64,000 nucleotides of DNA, from assembly GCA_043228905.1 (NCBI GenBank), contig JBHGNT010000001.1:35588001-35652000 (forward strand), in the 5' to 3' direction. This DNA comes from Azolla caroliniana. Lineage: Eukaryota; Plantae; Polypodiophyta. Below, one piece after another: positions 50,364 to 63,818 of the stretch (position 1 is its first letter; each line of letters begins with the position of its first letter). The notes under the pieces were generated by a model that was given only the letters and a program-made list of their open reading frames with translations, was not told the DNA's origin and searched no databases. A program made the position numbers and the translations under genes.

Positions 50364-52080
50364 TGAAGATGCCATGCACGACATGGGTGAATGGATCTAT
50401 TCTGGGTAAACTAAAGGCACCCACTCATTGTGAATGATATTTGTGAGCCTGAAAATTGTGTGTTCTCCTAAGTCGGTATATTTTCTTTCTTTTATCCCAG
50501 GTATGTATAGAACGTCTTTTGTTGGATAGTCATCATGTAAAATCTATCATCTTTTCAGTATGACAGCTAGAAGCATTGACATTTGGAACCTTCAAAAAAG
50601 AAAAAGAATATCTTAATTTTTTACTTGCAATGCTGCTGCTTTTCTTGGTGTTGAATATGGAAATACCTGTTTTTTTTTCTGAGTGAGGAAGGCTTGGTAT
50701 GCTCATAATGTTACGCCTTCAAATATAAAGCTCCTATTTGTTGGAGTCACATCATTTTACTCACTGAGTATGACTAATGAAAACTTCAATCTTCACATAT
50801 GTTGGATCAGAGCATGTGTTTTGAAAGTAATTTCAAGGAAATATTATTTATTAGGAGATTTTTTGCTGTAAATTGTGCTGCCTTTCTTAAAGCCATCATC
50901 ATCAGATAGCTGGGAACTTCCCGCACAAAATTTCCACAATTGCGAAGTTGCCCCCACTGTACAGGTTCCTTTGAAAATTTTCATTGAAGCTAGGCCTTGT
51001 TGAATTGTAAACTGGGGTGAGGTGTGACTTGGTTACTATGGGAGGGAATATTAGCAAATCTCACGCAACCTTGTTTGGTGGTTGTGATGCTTGTCAGAGC
51101 ATCAGTCAGTCGGTTGCAAATGTACCAAACTAACAGTGCTTCAATAGAGAAGATTTGTATAACAATTTAAGATGAGCACTGTGGTGCATCCATGTATATC
51201 TACAACTATATTTATTGTATGGCCATCTATAAAACCATATATATGTGCATTTATTTATTTGAGGAAGTCATTAAATCTGTCTATTTATCTCTTGGTTGCT
51301 TATGTTTTAATGAGTAATGCATTCAACTTTGCTGTTTTTTATATTTTTTGTCTTATTGTTTTCAAAATCTTTCCCTTACAACAAAATACATTTCAGGATG
51401 TAAATATGTTGTTGAATGTTTATAATAACCTTCACAAATGGCATCTTGCCCCAGTATTATGAGTTCTTTAGTCGTCAGAGAATTACTATTGAATTTGTCA
51501 TTGATAAAGATATTACTTCAAGGACACATATACATATTACAAACTACATGTATGTGGATATGAAAATTGCCTAGCTCATATATGGGCAGTAAATCATATG
51601 AGCTTACAATGTGCTTTTAAAAATGATGAAATTTCTTTGCCATTGAGAAGCTCCTCTCATTACATACAAACACTTTGTAAGCCTTACTAATTTGTATGGG
51701 AATCTCCATGAAATCTTCAAAGTCAATTGTATGAAACAATTATGTTTACATTTTAGCAAATCATAATCTTTCTATTGTCTTTTGCATTGTATAAGCCATA
51801 ATGCATCATAAATGATGCCTAAGTTGCCTAATTTTGTTTGCTCAAGTTGGGGTGCATGTTTGTATTCTTATGTCATATGAACTAGCTCAACTTGTACATT
51901 TTCTAATTTCATGGATTATCCATACGTTTTGCCATCATGCTAGTACTGATGATTTGTGTGTATGTATGAAATCATTAATTATGACCACCCAACCATAAAC
52001 GTGTAACAAAATGTCCAAGATAACTTAGATATTTGGATTGAGAAAATTTCCGTCTCTCAAAATTGGCCTTATAGTTGGGA

Positions 52081-53318
52081 AGGGTGGGGAGGGGGAATTC
52101 AATTTCCCAACATTAATGTGGTTCACTCACAAGCTTACTATCTCAAATGCTTATGATGGATTTATGGTTCAGGCCATTGTCCACTAGTTTAGATGCACAT
52201 CATGACGTGTGGATATATGTGAATCTTTTAGGCACATGACTCGATTGAAACATATTTCACAAAGTACCAATATGCATTTTTGCACAACTTCCACTCCAGA
52301 AAACCATGCCGTGCTAACCATAAGACCATATAATTGGGACTTGCTAACAATCATAATCTATTGTCTCGTTTTAATTGGGATGCCACATTCCCTACCCGTA
52401 CCATTGTGCAACAAATATTGCATTTCGAAACTATTCAATTCTTTTTAATATTGTTGTTACTAGAAATTGTGTTGTGCATCTCACTCTTGATTCATATGGC
52501 ATAACTAAAAAGGTTTACAATGAGCAACCTAATGTTTATGTCATCTATTGGCTAGAGCTATTGTAATAGTTATTTAGATAAGATCCCTTACCTTCTGTGA
52601 GGTTGTAGATGGCTTGGAAAAGGACATTAACAAATCTCAACTTTTGTGAAATAAAAGTTTGTAGTGAAACGAGTATACAAGAATAGCAACAATGTTATTT
52701 TCTCATCTATAATAATTTATCAACCTATCCATCCAAGAAATGATGTTTGCTTGATGGCTACAAAACATCAACTACTCAAGAGATCAATGGAAGGGGGTGC
52801 AAGAAAGGAGGATAAGAAACATAAGCTACTGAGATTGATTGTTTGATGCCAATCATGTGTTGCATGTTTAACGGTAAAATCTAGGAGATTATAAGACAAC
52901 CAACAAATTTAGTTTGCTAAGAACATTGAATCAAACACGCCAACATAGGGCATTTAGAGTTAATTAGACTTATCAACCCTAACAACCTACAAACAATTTT
53001 GTTTGTAGGCCATAACTATTAGGTATGTATGGAAGGATTCACATGAGTGCGAGATATCTGATTGATTGCCCTTCAATCTTAAAGGAATAAGGGTGGGGTG
53101 GGGGAATTCAAATTCCCAACATTGATGTGGTCCACTCACAAGCTTACTTCTTCAAATGCTCATGATGGATTTATGGTTCAAGCCATTGTTCACTAGCTTA
53201 GATGCACACCATGACTAGTGGATATATATGAATCTTTAGGCACATGAGTTGATTGAAACATATTTCACAAAGTACCAATATGCATTTTTGCACAACTTCC
53301 ACATCAGAGAACCATGTC
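52081..53318. repeat. ~230-bp direct repeat pair (52081-52310 and 53090-53318)
   Basis: AGGGTGGGG.GGGGGAATTCAA.TTCCCAACATT...CACAAAGTACCAATATGCATTTTTGCACAACTTCCAC occurs twice, about 1 kb apart. Confidence 0.9.
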
Positions 53319-53533
53319 TTCTAATGCATTAAAAATAATGTAGATCATATAGCTGAAAACACCGAAGATAGGATACATTGTCAAACTAGGTCATATCCAT
53401 GAGGAATGAGGAAAACATTCATGAACTTTCCAAGTCCCTCGAGGATGTAGTGAGATGATAGGGTTGGAAACATGTTGTAGACATCCTATTTCTCTTTCAT
53501 GAGACTTTACTTCTTATTGCACCAAACCTAGAT

Positions 53534-55118
53534 TTAAAGAGAAAGTTCCTGACAAGAGGAAAGTGAAAGGGGAGAACATTGTGCTTGGAGGTATGCAATT
53601 CCCTCACATATATTCCCAAGCATATGGTCGGACACACTCCAAGGGGATACGATGAGTTGCAAGAACTCTTCATGTTTGGCTACTAGGAGATTCCATTTGG
53701 TGTGGAGACTCTCTTCAAATGATGGGTAGGCACCAAAATTGCGCGATTGAGGCACATTACTACGTGATTGTGGTAGCTTACCAAACCCGGCTGGTTTCGC
53801 AACAAGCACTAGCAAACGACCAGGCGGATAAAGAGCCACTGCAGGATATGGAGGTTGAGGTGTCTCATCTTGGGATTTCTTTGAATCAGGCTGACACCAC
53901 CCTATACCTTGGAGAAACTTCTGTTGCAAGCCCCTGCATACACTCATTGTAACCTCTTGTGTGTCTATAGTCCATATGACACTCTTCCAGTAGGGATCAT
54001 TCTCGAGTATCGTCCTTGCTATCTTGGGACTAAACTCGATCAACTTCTTTCTCAACCCTTCCAATGCGACCAAGGAGAACCTCGGCACGATATCATAGGC
54101 TGATACGACACTAGTTGCAAACTTGGCACTTTCGAGGGCTAGTTCATGACTAACACAAGCAGGAGTCGAGAAGCTCCAACACCTGAGGCCAGGATAAGTG
54201 TGTCGTAGCTCCATCCCAGCCATGATCGCTATAGCACCTCCCATGCTATGCCCCACCAACACGAGTTTCCAATTAGCTGATTTTGCTCCATCCCCCATGG
54301 GCCCTCTAGTAAAAGCCTTGAGGAGGTGGGGTCGAATTTCATTTAGCAAAGCTTTTGTTGCCTTGACATACCCACCATGTGCTTGACCGCCGTAGAATGC
54401 CTCGGGAGATGCCCCCGCACTCGTGAGCATGTCGGCTATGTTGGAGGTGCCCCGTAGAGAGACCACGACTGAGCCAAAGGGCACGTCAACGCAAACCACA
54501 TAGGCCGGGCGCATGGTGTTGCGGTCGGCGTTCCATTCGGCATGCACCACAGCCGACTCTGGTAGCTGGGTCATGAGGGAGAAGGATGAGACTTCACAAA
54601 CATAGACTGCCTCAGCCATGGCCCGCCAGTGCTGGATGCATGCCAGGAACTCAGGGCTCTGGCTTAGCTTCTCATCCGCCAGGCGGCCTGGGGGAGGGGG
54701 AGGCTGCTTCTCTGCCATCTGAAATACTTGTACATTATACATACATATACACATAGTATTGATATTACACGATCCTTATTATTTTTTATGAGATGTGTTA
54801 CCGATGACAACGGAACGTTACCTTGAGCATGGCAGCGAGGCCCAGGGTGAGGTCGGTGATGGAGCAAGGGCCCACATGGTCTTGGAAGGCGGAAGCTCCT
54901 TTGGCGAGGAGGCCCAGGATCTGAACCAAGGGTGGAGGGGAGGAGGAGGATCCGCCGCCACTTTCATCATACTCTGCTGCTTTCGCGGAGGCTTGGAGCT
55001 TGGCCCATCCAACTCGCTTCACCGTCGCCACCACCGACGCCACCAGCACGCCCGCTACCGCCGCCGCCATCTTCCAGGTGGCGCTACGTCCCCCCGCCCA
55101 CACTCTCTCCATCATCAT
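53534..55118 (-). CDS. Class-3 lipase (alpha/beta hydrolase, DAG-lipase-like), ~493 aa, one intron (54719-54821)
   Basis: Exons 54822-55118 and 53534-54718 join in frame (AMLK-MAEK). Motifs RPAYVVCVD, SLRGTSNIADMLT, AHGGY, LVGHSMGGAIA (nucleophile), DIVPRFS, LYPPGR and SDHM. The N-terminus has a hydrophobic segment. Confidence 0.9.
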
Positions 55119-55992
55119 GCCTGCCTGCCTGCCTGCCTGCCTGCCTAAGGCCTTCCTTCCTTCCTTACGTTACACACAGAACCTTAACTCTCTCTCCTTG
55201 AACTTCGTCTGCAGTAGCTTCCCCCACCCCACGTAATTAACCCACTCCTTTGGGCTGCTGGCTGGTGCCGCTACACATATAGTGTTAACAAAAAGCTTTT
55301 AAGAAAAGAAACACATCACATCAACTTTGGTGGTCTCGTCGACTCACTATATAAGTTCGATTCGATTTTGGATTGTGAGCATAGATTGCCGGACGATGAA
55401 TTCAATTGGGTGCGCGCACTCGGAATCATCTTCAAGTTAATGTTTTTCTTTTGCTTTTGGTCATGCTGTGGGGCGATAAGACAATTTACTGCCCAAGAAA
55501 TTTTGGCTACTGATGATTGCAAAATTGGGTGCAGTGACTATAGATAGGTAGGTTTGAATGAACCATATCGTTAAGATGAATTAGGTTTTGTTCGATGTTC
55601 GGGTAGTTGGTTGATCGGAAAAACTCCATGAACGTGAGTGAGATAGGGCAGCAATTAGGGGAGGCCCAACGAAGAAGTCTTGAGAATCGAGATGTTATGT
55701 AGAGGTGGGTCATACAAAGGATTTACGTTGTTTCGAGTGGCCAGCCTCACGCCCAAATGGAAAGAAAAAAGGTGTCCGTCCGGACGCAAATGTGGAAACG
55801 GACGGACGGACGGCAGTGTGACTCTCTCACTGAAAATCATGCGTAGTTTAGTTCCCGCCACCCACACGCAGGCGCAGGCACAGGCACTACAGTCTACCAC
55901 TACCTCTACTGCTTGCTGCTATGTACTGGATACTCCTCCTGAAGCTCGCCATGAGACCTGCACAGGCGACAACGTCGTCCAGAAGGTAAGCC
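55119..55992. promoter_or_regulatory. Probable shared divergent promoter of the lipase and TOP3A genes
   Basis: The head-to-head ATGs are about 875 bp apart. Site-II-like TGGGCY motifs occur at about 55251 and 55662 (AGGCCCA), and (GCCT)n lies next to the lipase ATG. Confidence 0.5.
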
Positions 55993-58900
55993 ATGGTGGT
56001 GTTACGGGTGCTGAACGTGGCGGAGAAGCCATCCGTGGCGCGGGCCGTCTCCGAGATTCTGTCGCGTGGCTCCATGCGGACCCGCGAGGGTCGCTCTGTC
56101 TACAACAAGATCTTCGAGTTCGAGTACACCATCGTGAACCAGCGATGCTTCATGTCCGTCACCTCTGTCACTGGACACCTCATGGAGCTCGACTTCGAGG
56201 AAAGATACAAGAAGTGGCACTCCTGTGATCCTGCTGACCTCTATGATGCTCCCGTACGGAAGTTTGTTCCTCAAGACAAGCTCCCTCTCAAACGTACTCT
56301 GGAAGAGGAGGCTAGAAGATGCCAGTGGCTCATTCTCTGGTTGGATTGTGACCGAGAAGGAGAGAACATCGCCTTCGAGGTGCTTGAGATTTGCCATTCT
56401 ACTAATCCTCGCCTTACTATATGGAGAGCACGTTTCTCTGCACTCATTGACAGGCACGTTCCACCTCTTTTCTTCATCTCGGTTTTGCACCACCTAAGCC
56501 GCGTCTTCTTCTATATTTGTGCCTCTGAAACTTTTCCTGCGTTTTCTTGTTTTTGTCCCTCTCCCTCTCCGTCTGAAACAACCGTTTTTTTCTTTCTTTT
56601 GGCCCCAAAAAATTTCGCGACTTCGTTTTCTCTGATCTGTCTCAGTAATTGGCCACATTTTGGTATGAAAGAAGCTTTTATTGCCTCTGAGAACATTGTT
56701 CTTTCTCCAGAGACATTCACCAGGCAGCTCAAAATCTTGTGCGACCAAACCCTCTATTTGCAGATGCAGTCGATGCCAGGCAGGTTAGTGTACATTGTTT
56801 TATTTACTTCCTGAATGCATCATACTGTACTGCTTCTTGTGTTTGTTTGTGCACTGTTGCTTTCCTTTCAGAGGTTCTGCACATTACACACATACTAAGT
56901 TGCTGCTTTTGCGCATCAGGAAATTGATCTGCGTATTGGAGCATCTTTTACTCGCTTCCAAACAATGCTTTTATCAGACTCATTTGTCTTTCCTTTCCAA
57001 GGAAATGACAAAAAACTCATACTAAGTTATGGTCCTTGCCAGGTATGTCTCTTTCATGCTAGTTTTATGTACTAGGATCTTAATAATGGTATTGATGTCA
57101 TGATCAGTTCCATTTTATTCATGAAACAAGCTTCATTAGTGGAGACATTTGATTTGTTGCAGCTACACAGTGCTTTGCCATATCTGGACTGTTGTTGACA
57201 TATATCATGTCTAAACACATTCAGAATGTGATTTCTAATTGTGATTAAGTTTGTTGCATATGTTGTAAGTTCTGTTGGTCAAGTGCGATCAAGATTTCTG
57301 AATTTTAACAAGAGACTTCCAATTGTTGTTTGGATATGCATTAGTTTCCAACTCTGGGATTTGTAGTGGAGAGATATTGGGAAATTCAGGCTCATCAGCC
57401 TGAGGATTTCTGGTCAATCAGTTGCCAATATAGCTCTGAAGATGGAAGTGCAACATTTAATTGGGTGTATGTATATAATGACAATGGATTGAAGTTTCTG
57501 TGGAAATTAAATTGTGAAACAAGAATAATGTAAATGAACTGAATGTGATGCAGGAGAGGACGTCTCTTTGATCATCTATCTGCGCTAGTAATCTATGAAA
57601 TGTGCGTGGAAGAACCTACAGCCACAGTGAGTGAGAATTGGTGCACCCTTCTTTCCGTTATCCTTCGATTTTTCTTTATAATAGAGACTAGAGTTTCTGA
57701 ACGACTTTTGTTGTATGTGGAAATTCTCTTCATCTGCAGGTTATTGAAGTGAAAGGAAAAGAATGCAAAAAGTTTCCACCTCATCCACTAAATACGGTAG
57801 AGTTGCAGAAACGTGCTTCTCGGTATTTCAGAATGAGCTCAGAACAAACTATGAAGGCAAATATCATTTCTTGTCTCAAGGATTGTTGTGCGTTATGTAT
57901 TTCTGGAAGTGGAGATATTATCCACTTGTAGTTTTGCTAATTGATTGCAGATTTACTTGCGTGTTTGATGTCTTTGTAATGCTTAGTATTGTTGTTAATA
58001 TCGTTTCCTGTTGCATTCTTGATGTTAATTTAAATTGTTGTTCATATTTCAATGATATCCTTCAATCTTGGTCCAATATTTTCTTTTCTTGAAAGAAGTG
58101 CTTGCAATAATATGAGGAGGATGTTGATGATTTAACCTTCTTTTTGTGAGCTTCTTGTGTAACATATCTATGCACACACTAATGACAAAAGGAAACTTCA
58201 TGCTCATAAGGGAAATGCTCTCAGGATATCTATTTAGTAGCGTGTTTTTCAATGGTACAGTTTGAAAGTTATTGTTCAAGTTGGTGGATATGCACCCAAG
58301 GCACTAGGATGTGCGTTTAGATCAGGCTAAATGTCAGCAATGCATGAAGGAAAAATACCCCGAATAGAAAACAATGCACATACCTCTGACATTAGGTTTT
58401 CAGTTGAAGAACATGGTGTGCTATACAACTGCCACCAGAAGGGTCACTCTCTAATTGCAGTTGTATGCAGCAGAGGAAGGATCTTTAGTAATGGGCATGT
58501 GAGGCAGTTGCCAGCCTCATTGTCAATGATAATAGAGGAGATCAATGTGCTACCAGAGAGGAGAGAGTAAAGAGAATTTGGAAATCCTCTGCATGGCAGC
58601 TGGAAATATAACAGTGCAGCAGAATTAGGGTTTGAATCAGGGAGTTAATAGAATGTACGCATGAACATCTCAATGTGATGCTTCGTTTCAAGGATTATGC
58701 AAAGAAAGAAATATATATAAAATAATGCTTTTTAAGGGTCCAATATGGCCAATTGGACCAAAAGAGAGATTTACATCTTAAACTGTCTTGTTTAATGAAA
58801 GGGTCAGATAACCACCATCTTGTTGGAGTTTTCTCAAATTGTCTTTCTCTACAGCATGCCTGGTGGTAGATATACTCGAGTCAGTTGTTCCCTGGCTGCC

Positions 58901-61900
58901 TATATTTGCTCCATGAGTCCTAAGTAATGATGACCGGAAGATCATTACTTTGGTCTTACCAAGGTTCATATTTTGCAGTTAAGCCTTTCTGTGCACAGAA
59001 ATAATCTATTATATAGGCCATGGAGGTGGTGTTGCTAGTTTTCATGTCAAAAACCAATGCAGTCATAAAGCAAATCATGCGAGGAATTCCTAATAAGTCT
59101 CTTCCTTGCAGCGAATGTTGTAGATCAGCTTGTATACAGAAAGCCTGAAGTCAGTGGGAGAGAGTTAGAAACATTCCTTCAGCTACAGTGCTTGCTTTTA
59201 TACTATGTATTTACTGCTTGTCATCTTACATGGGTATTTGATTGCATATGGTTGCTGCTAGACATTGCTTGCTCTTATACTATGTATTTACTGCGTGTCA
59301 TCATACATGGGGATCTGATTGCATATGGTTGCTGCTGGAATAGTCTACCTTTCTGTACAGATCACAATGTTGAACACTTTGTGGGATCCCAGAAGGCAGC
59401 AACATATATCTACCTCTAAAGAGTCCAAAATGACTTATAAACACTATACATCATCCATGACTGTGATACATATCTCAATTGAGCAAAAGCAAATAAGGAC
59501 ATCACATGTGAAACTTCGAAGGATTTAAAATGAGAAACAAACAATGTTGGTTATTGAACCATGATTTTCATGGAGGACTACTGTCTTGTACGATGTCATG
59601 TAATAATGCGAGATGTGAGTACGAGCAGCTGAAATTATTCTCATCAGTCTTAGTAACAGGGTAAAAATTTCCTCGTGTCAGGGTAGGTAATAAGGTCCTG
59701 TTTCTGCCCATAGTATAGTCCTTTTTGTTCCCTTTGGGGCATAGGCAATGTATCTACAAGTCTCAGTGTATTTCTGCAAAATCACTACTGTGGAGTGAGC
59801 CCAGTACAAGATACCCAGCCCAAGGTGGTAGGAGCTGGGAAAGTTGGTTACGTGCCTGTAATTATAGTAGAATCAATGGATGGAAAAAGTGAATCACTGC
59901 ATGAAGGAACAAGAAGCAAGATAGAGTAAGGCCCTTTTTGCTTTGGAAGTTGAAATGATAAAGTAGATACTAGCATTTCGTGGGCTTTCATGGAGGAAAG
60001 CGGTATTGAATATATTCTTTATCTTTTCCTTTTGAAGTCTTTTTTGGCTGTGTTCTGCAGACTTTCTTTTGCTTGCTTCTTTTTATATCTTAGCTGTACA
60101 ACTATTTTTCAGGTGGCTGAGGAACTGTATCAGGCTGGATTTATAAGCTATCCACGAACAGAGACGGATTATTTCTCCGAAAACACAGATTTACAGGTCA
60201 GTTGACTTATTTTTATTATGCCATTTAATAGTACGGGTGCTTAGTTTATTTTTGTATTTGAGTTAGTCTTGTGAGCAAGGCAATGCATTGTCTAACTTGG
60301 ATACCTTCACCTTTAACTATGGCAATGAACAGAATACTGCCATGGTTCTTTAACTATATAGTGTCTGTTTGTTGGCTCTGTTTCACTTCATGGCATGGAA
60401 ATATTTTAATACATATAATGTAAATTACCAATAATTTGTACTTTTCATGAATAAGATAAATTCATTTTGGTACATTAAGAAATAAAGATATACTAATATC
60501 TCTAAAAGAGGATAATGACCCGTAAGACTTATCAAATATTATAACTGCTGATGTTAACTTGTCAAAGCTTACTTTTTGTGACTTTCTCTCGGTGCAGGCA
60601 TTTCTTTTGGAATAAATGTTGATTCTAGAGTTTTAATTATTGTTTCAAGTTTTCATACAGTATATTGAACCACGCAGATTGTTGTAAATTGTGTTGCTCA
60701 TAAAATGTTTTAGTAGTAGTAGTAGTAAATAATAAAAAAATATTGATTACTGGAGAATGAAATCTCAAAAATCTGGGATTAGATATTTGTGATTTTCCAA
60801 TTCTTAATACATATCATGTTCTTGAATACAAAAGAAACAGTAATATGCCAGGGGAACAGGTAATGAGCATATGGAATCCAACCAGTCGAATATTACTTCT
60901 GCATATTTAGATCTGTTACTTACATTGTGTAATGCTATTTCAGGGTATTGTTCAAGGACAATCTCAACACTCCATATGGGGCTGGTATGCTCAGCGGCTT
61001 CTTGACCCGACGACAAATTTATGGAGGCAACCTAGTAATGGTGGGCATGATGACAAAGCTCACCCGCCTATTCATCCAACAAAGTTTTCCCAAGGGGAAT
61101 CTAATTGGTCCAATGACCATGCAGTAAGCGTAAGAATGCTAGATTGCACAAAAACTTTCATGCTTACAAGATATAGCTGGAAAATCTTAGAAACGTATAC
61201 TCAAATATAACTTTCTTGAGGTTGTACTTTGTTTTTTTTAAACAGAGATTGTATGAGCTGATTACTCGCCATTTTCTTGCTTGTGTCTCTCAACCAGCTG
61301 TTGGCTATGGGACAACTGCATCTGTAGATATTGCAGGGGAATGCTTCACAGCATCTGGTCTCATGATTACAGCTGTAAGGTTCTTTGAAACAAATTCCTG
61401 GATCATATCCTTTCCATAGTGTCCATAAGCTGTTTTCTATGTTAGGATTCATGCCAATGTTGCTTGTAATTCTTTCTCTAACATGGTTATTCTGCTAAGC
61501 CTGGAGATCTTAAAATGGCTCTGTAACTTGGCAACTGCTTCGCAGAGTGTTCTAAGGAATTTGATATTGTCATGGCCTGACCAGGAGTTGAGTTTGTAGG
61601 AACATGAGATGGGACGAGATCTCTTAGTTCGTTAAGCCGAATCTCTACTGGTTTTTAGGAAAGACAAGTAGTTTCTATTTTCTTATGCGTAAGTGGCATT
61701 TCTTATGTTTCTATGGTGACATGGCTATATGTCATGCTATATATGAAGTTTGAAGATCCCCCAGTTCTTGCTATAGCTCTTAAAGGGTGAAGGCTGTACT
61801 CATTATCTGTGTGCATTCATGGATTAGGATAAATATTCAATTTTATGTCCTTATGTTGACACCTAGTCTTAGCATTGATGACGAAAGTATGATGACAATT

Positions 61901-63818
61901 TTTTGTCAAGATTATGTGTGGACGATGATGTGACGATCTTATTTTCCTTTTGGTAGACACTAAAGAGGTTAAGCTTGCACTCTTGTGTGATCATATTATT
62001 TTCTTCTATGCTATTCTTTTCTAATAAATGTTTCCTCACCTTTTGCTCTTCATTTTTTTCTTATTCTGGTTTTTCCTATCTTCTTTAATCCTATATTAGT
62101 CAGTTCAAACTCTTCTGCTATGTATTTCTCCTCTCCAAACAGAAAAACTATTTGGAAGTATATCGCTTTGAATCATGGGGGAGCTCCACAATTCCAAACT
62201 TTGAACTCGGGCAGCAGGTTTGTTGGACATCTCCCTAAATCAAATACTTGCGTACTGTTTTAGGATTTGCGTTGATTTCCATAAACTGGTAGTCTTGTGG
62301 ACATCAAATTTGTTTGATTGTCTACAAATTTTATGTTAGGATATATGGGGTTGAGAAATCTGATGGAATGTACTCAAAATGAAGTGGTGGATTCAGTTAT
62401 GATGTGTAAATATCGCTGTGGGTATATATATGGTGATAATGTATGGTCGTCTTTTCTGGGGACATACTAATTTACAATTTTGGAGACATAGTAAACATTG
62501 TTATCTTTTAGGCTAGAATTGGCAGTAAGGAAGCAAAGTGCTCCATAATGTAGTTTATAAGATCTACAATTTTTACGATGGATTTTTTCCCTAATGAATT
62601 GTGAAGTACTTCTACTTTCTTAGATGGCCTAAGAATGAGCAATTTTTTTCTTGATATTTCATTTTTCTTAGAAGACCCAATTATATGTCCAAAATTTTCA
62701 AATATTTGAATTTTTTTTTACAAGACCCAATAATAAGTTCCAAAATTTCCTAATGTTAGATTTTTGTTACATGTATAACGAACTTAGCATAATTTCCCTG
62801 TTTACAGTAGGCAATTCATACTCTGAGGACTGATGCACTGAATGTGATGCAGCACTAAAAATGAGCATGCATGTACTCTCGAGACAAAAGCCCTAAAGTC
62901 CTCAGAAAAAGAAAGATATATTAACCTCTTTTTAAAGGCCAAAGCAACAGTTCTATAAGAGATTTGGAGCTCTGATAGGAAACAAAGCATGGTTGAAGGA
63001 AATACATTGATTTTCTATCAGACATTTAAAGTTGTTGAATTAGACTATTGTAAATGACGGTCATAAATCTGGTTCAAACCATGAGGAACTTCTCAAATGC
63101 TCATTGCAGCTATTTGTTTGACAGCAATGAGAATGTGCTGGCCCTTGGTTAATCTTTTGTGTGAGTAGCTAAATTTTATGTTTAGTTCATTATAGGATTA
63201 TAGTATCTCATGTGGTTCAACAGATCAGGAGATTAAAGCTTTTTTGCCTCTTAAATATTGACTAAAAATCTTTCCAACATAAGAACTTTAACACCAAGTT
63301 GCATTAATACAATTTAACAAGAATGGGAGAAAGATCTATTAAATGTTCCTAAAAGAAACTATTCCATAAAGTGTACAGTTTGACAGTAGACGCATGAGGT
63401 TTTTAAAGAGATAATTGAGTCGTGTGGATTCAATGGCTTGCATGCTGAAAATTTCTTCATTATTATCATTACTGACGTCTTTTCCAGTTTATTCCAACAA
63501 GGCTAACACTAGATATGGGGACAACATCACCGCCACCTCTTCTAAGTGAAGCAGACCTGATCAGTCTTATGGACCAGGTGATGCTTGGGTTTTTCTAGGA
63601 GATATTCTAGTCATCTATAGCCTACTGCAATCATGAAAGTTTAGTTGATTTTCGTTCTCCGTCTCTGTTTTTAATGATGAAATTTAGAATTATATATTCT
63701 TTTCTTGCGGCAGTCAGGCATTGGGACAGATGCAACAATGCATGATCACATTAAGAAGTTGTTGGATAGGTGTTACGTAGTCAAGGATGCAAACACACGT
63801 TTTAGTCCAACAAGGCTG
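55993..63818 (+). CDS. TOP3A: DNA topoisomerase III alpha, first 12 exons (continues past the window)
   Basis: Exons 55993-56453, 56711-56783, 56920-57042, 57345-57466, 57554-57626, 57740-57856, 60113-60196, 60944-61123, 61246-61374, 62143-62217, 63488-63577 and 63714-63818. TOPRIM motifs [11 protein letters not shown] and [11 protein letters not shown], then [25 protein letters not shown], catalytic [20 protein letters not shown] and GIGTDAT. Confidence 0.96.
58780..59170 (-). mobile_element. Short decayed LINE RT fragment in TOP3A intron 6
   Basis: Minus-strand [10 protein letters not shown], preceded by remnants resembling LSPTxFxL and xFADD. Confidence 0.5.
59191..59340. repeat. ~76-bp tandem duplication in TOP3A intron 6
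   Basis: CTTGCT.TTATACTATGTATTTACTGC.TGTCATC.TACATGGG.AT.TGATTGCATATGGTTGCTGCT occurs twice. Confidence 0.85.

Noticed and set aside
52081-53318. TRIM/LTR element interpretation of the direct repeats
   Set aside because: I found no TG...CA termini, PBS or TSD.
29393-55118. Biosynthetic gene cluster (UGT + lipase + membrane protein)
   Set aside because: There is no scaffold-forming enzyme, and the genes are separated by housekeeping TAF12 and TEs.
55680-56228. 182-aa ORF overlapping the TOP3A start in another frame
   Set aside because: Non-ATG start and no recognisable motif. It is explained by GC-rich exon 1, although its internal ATG near 55839 could act as another uORF.
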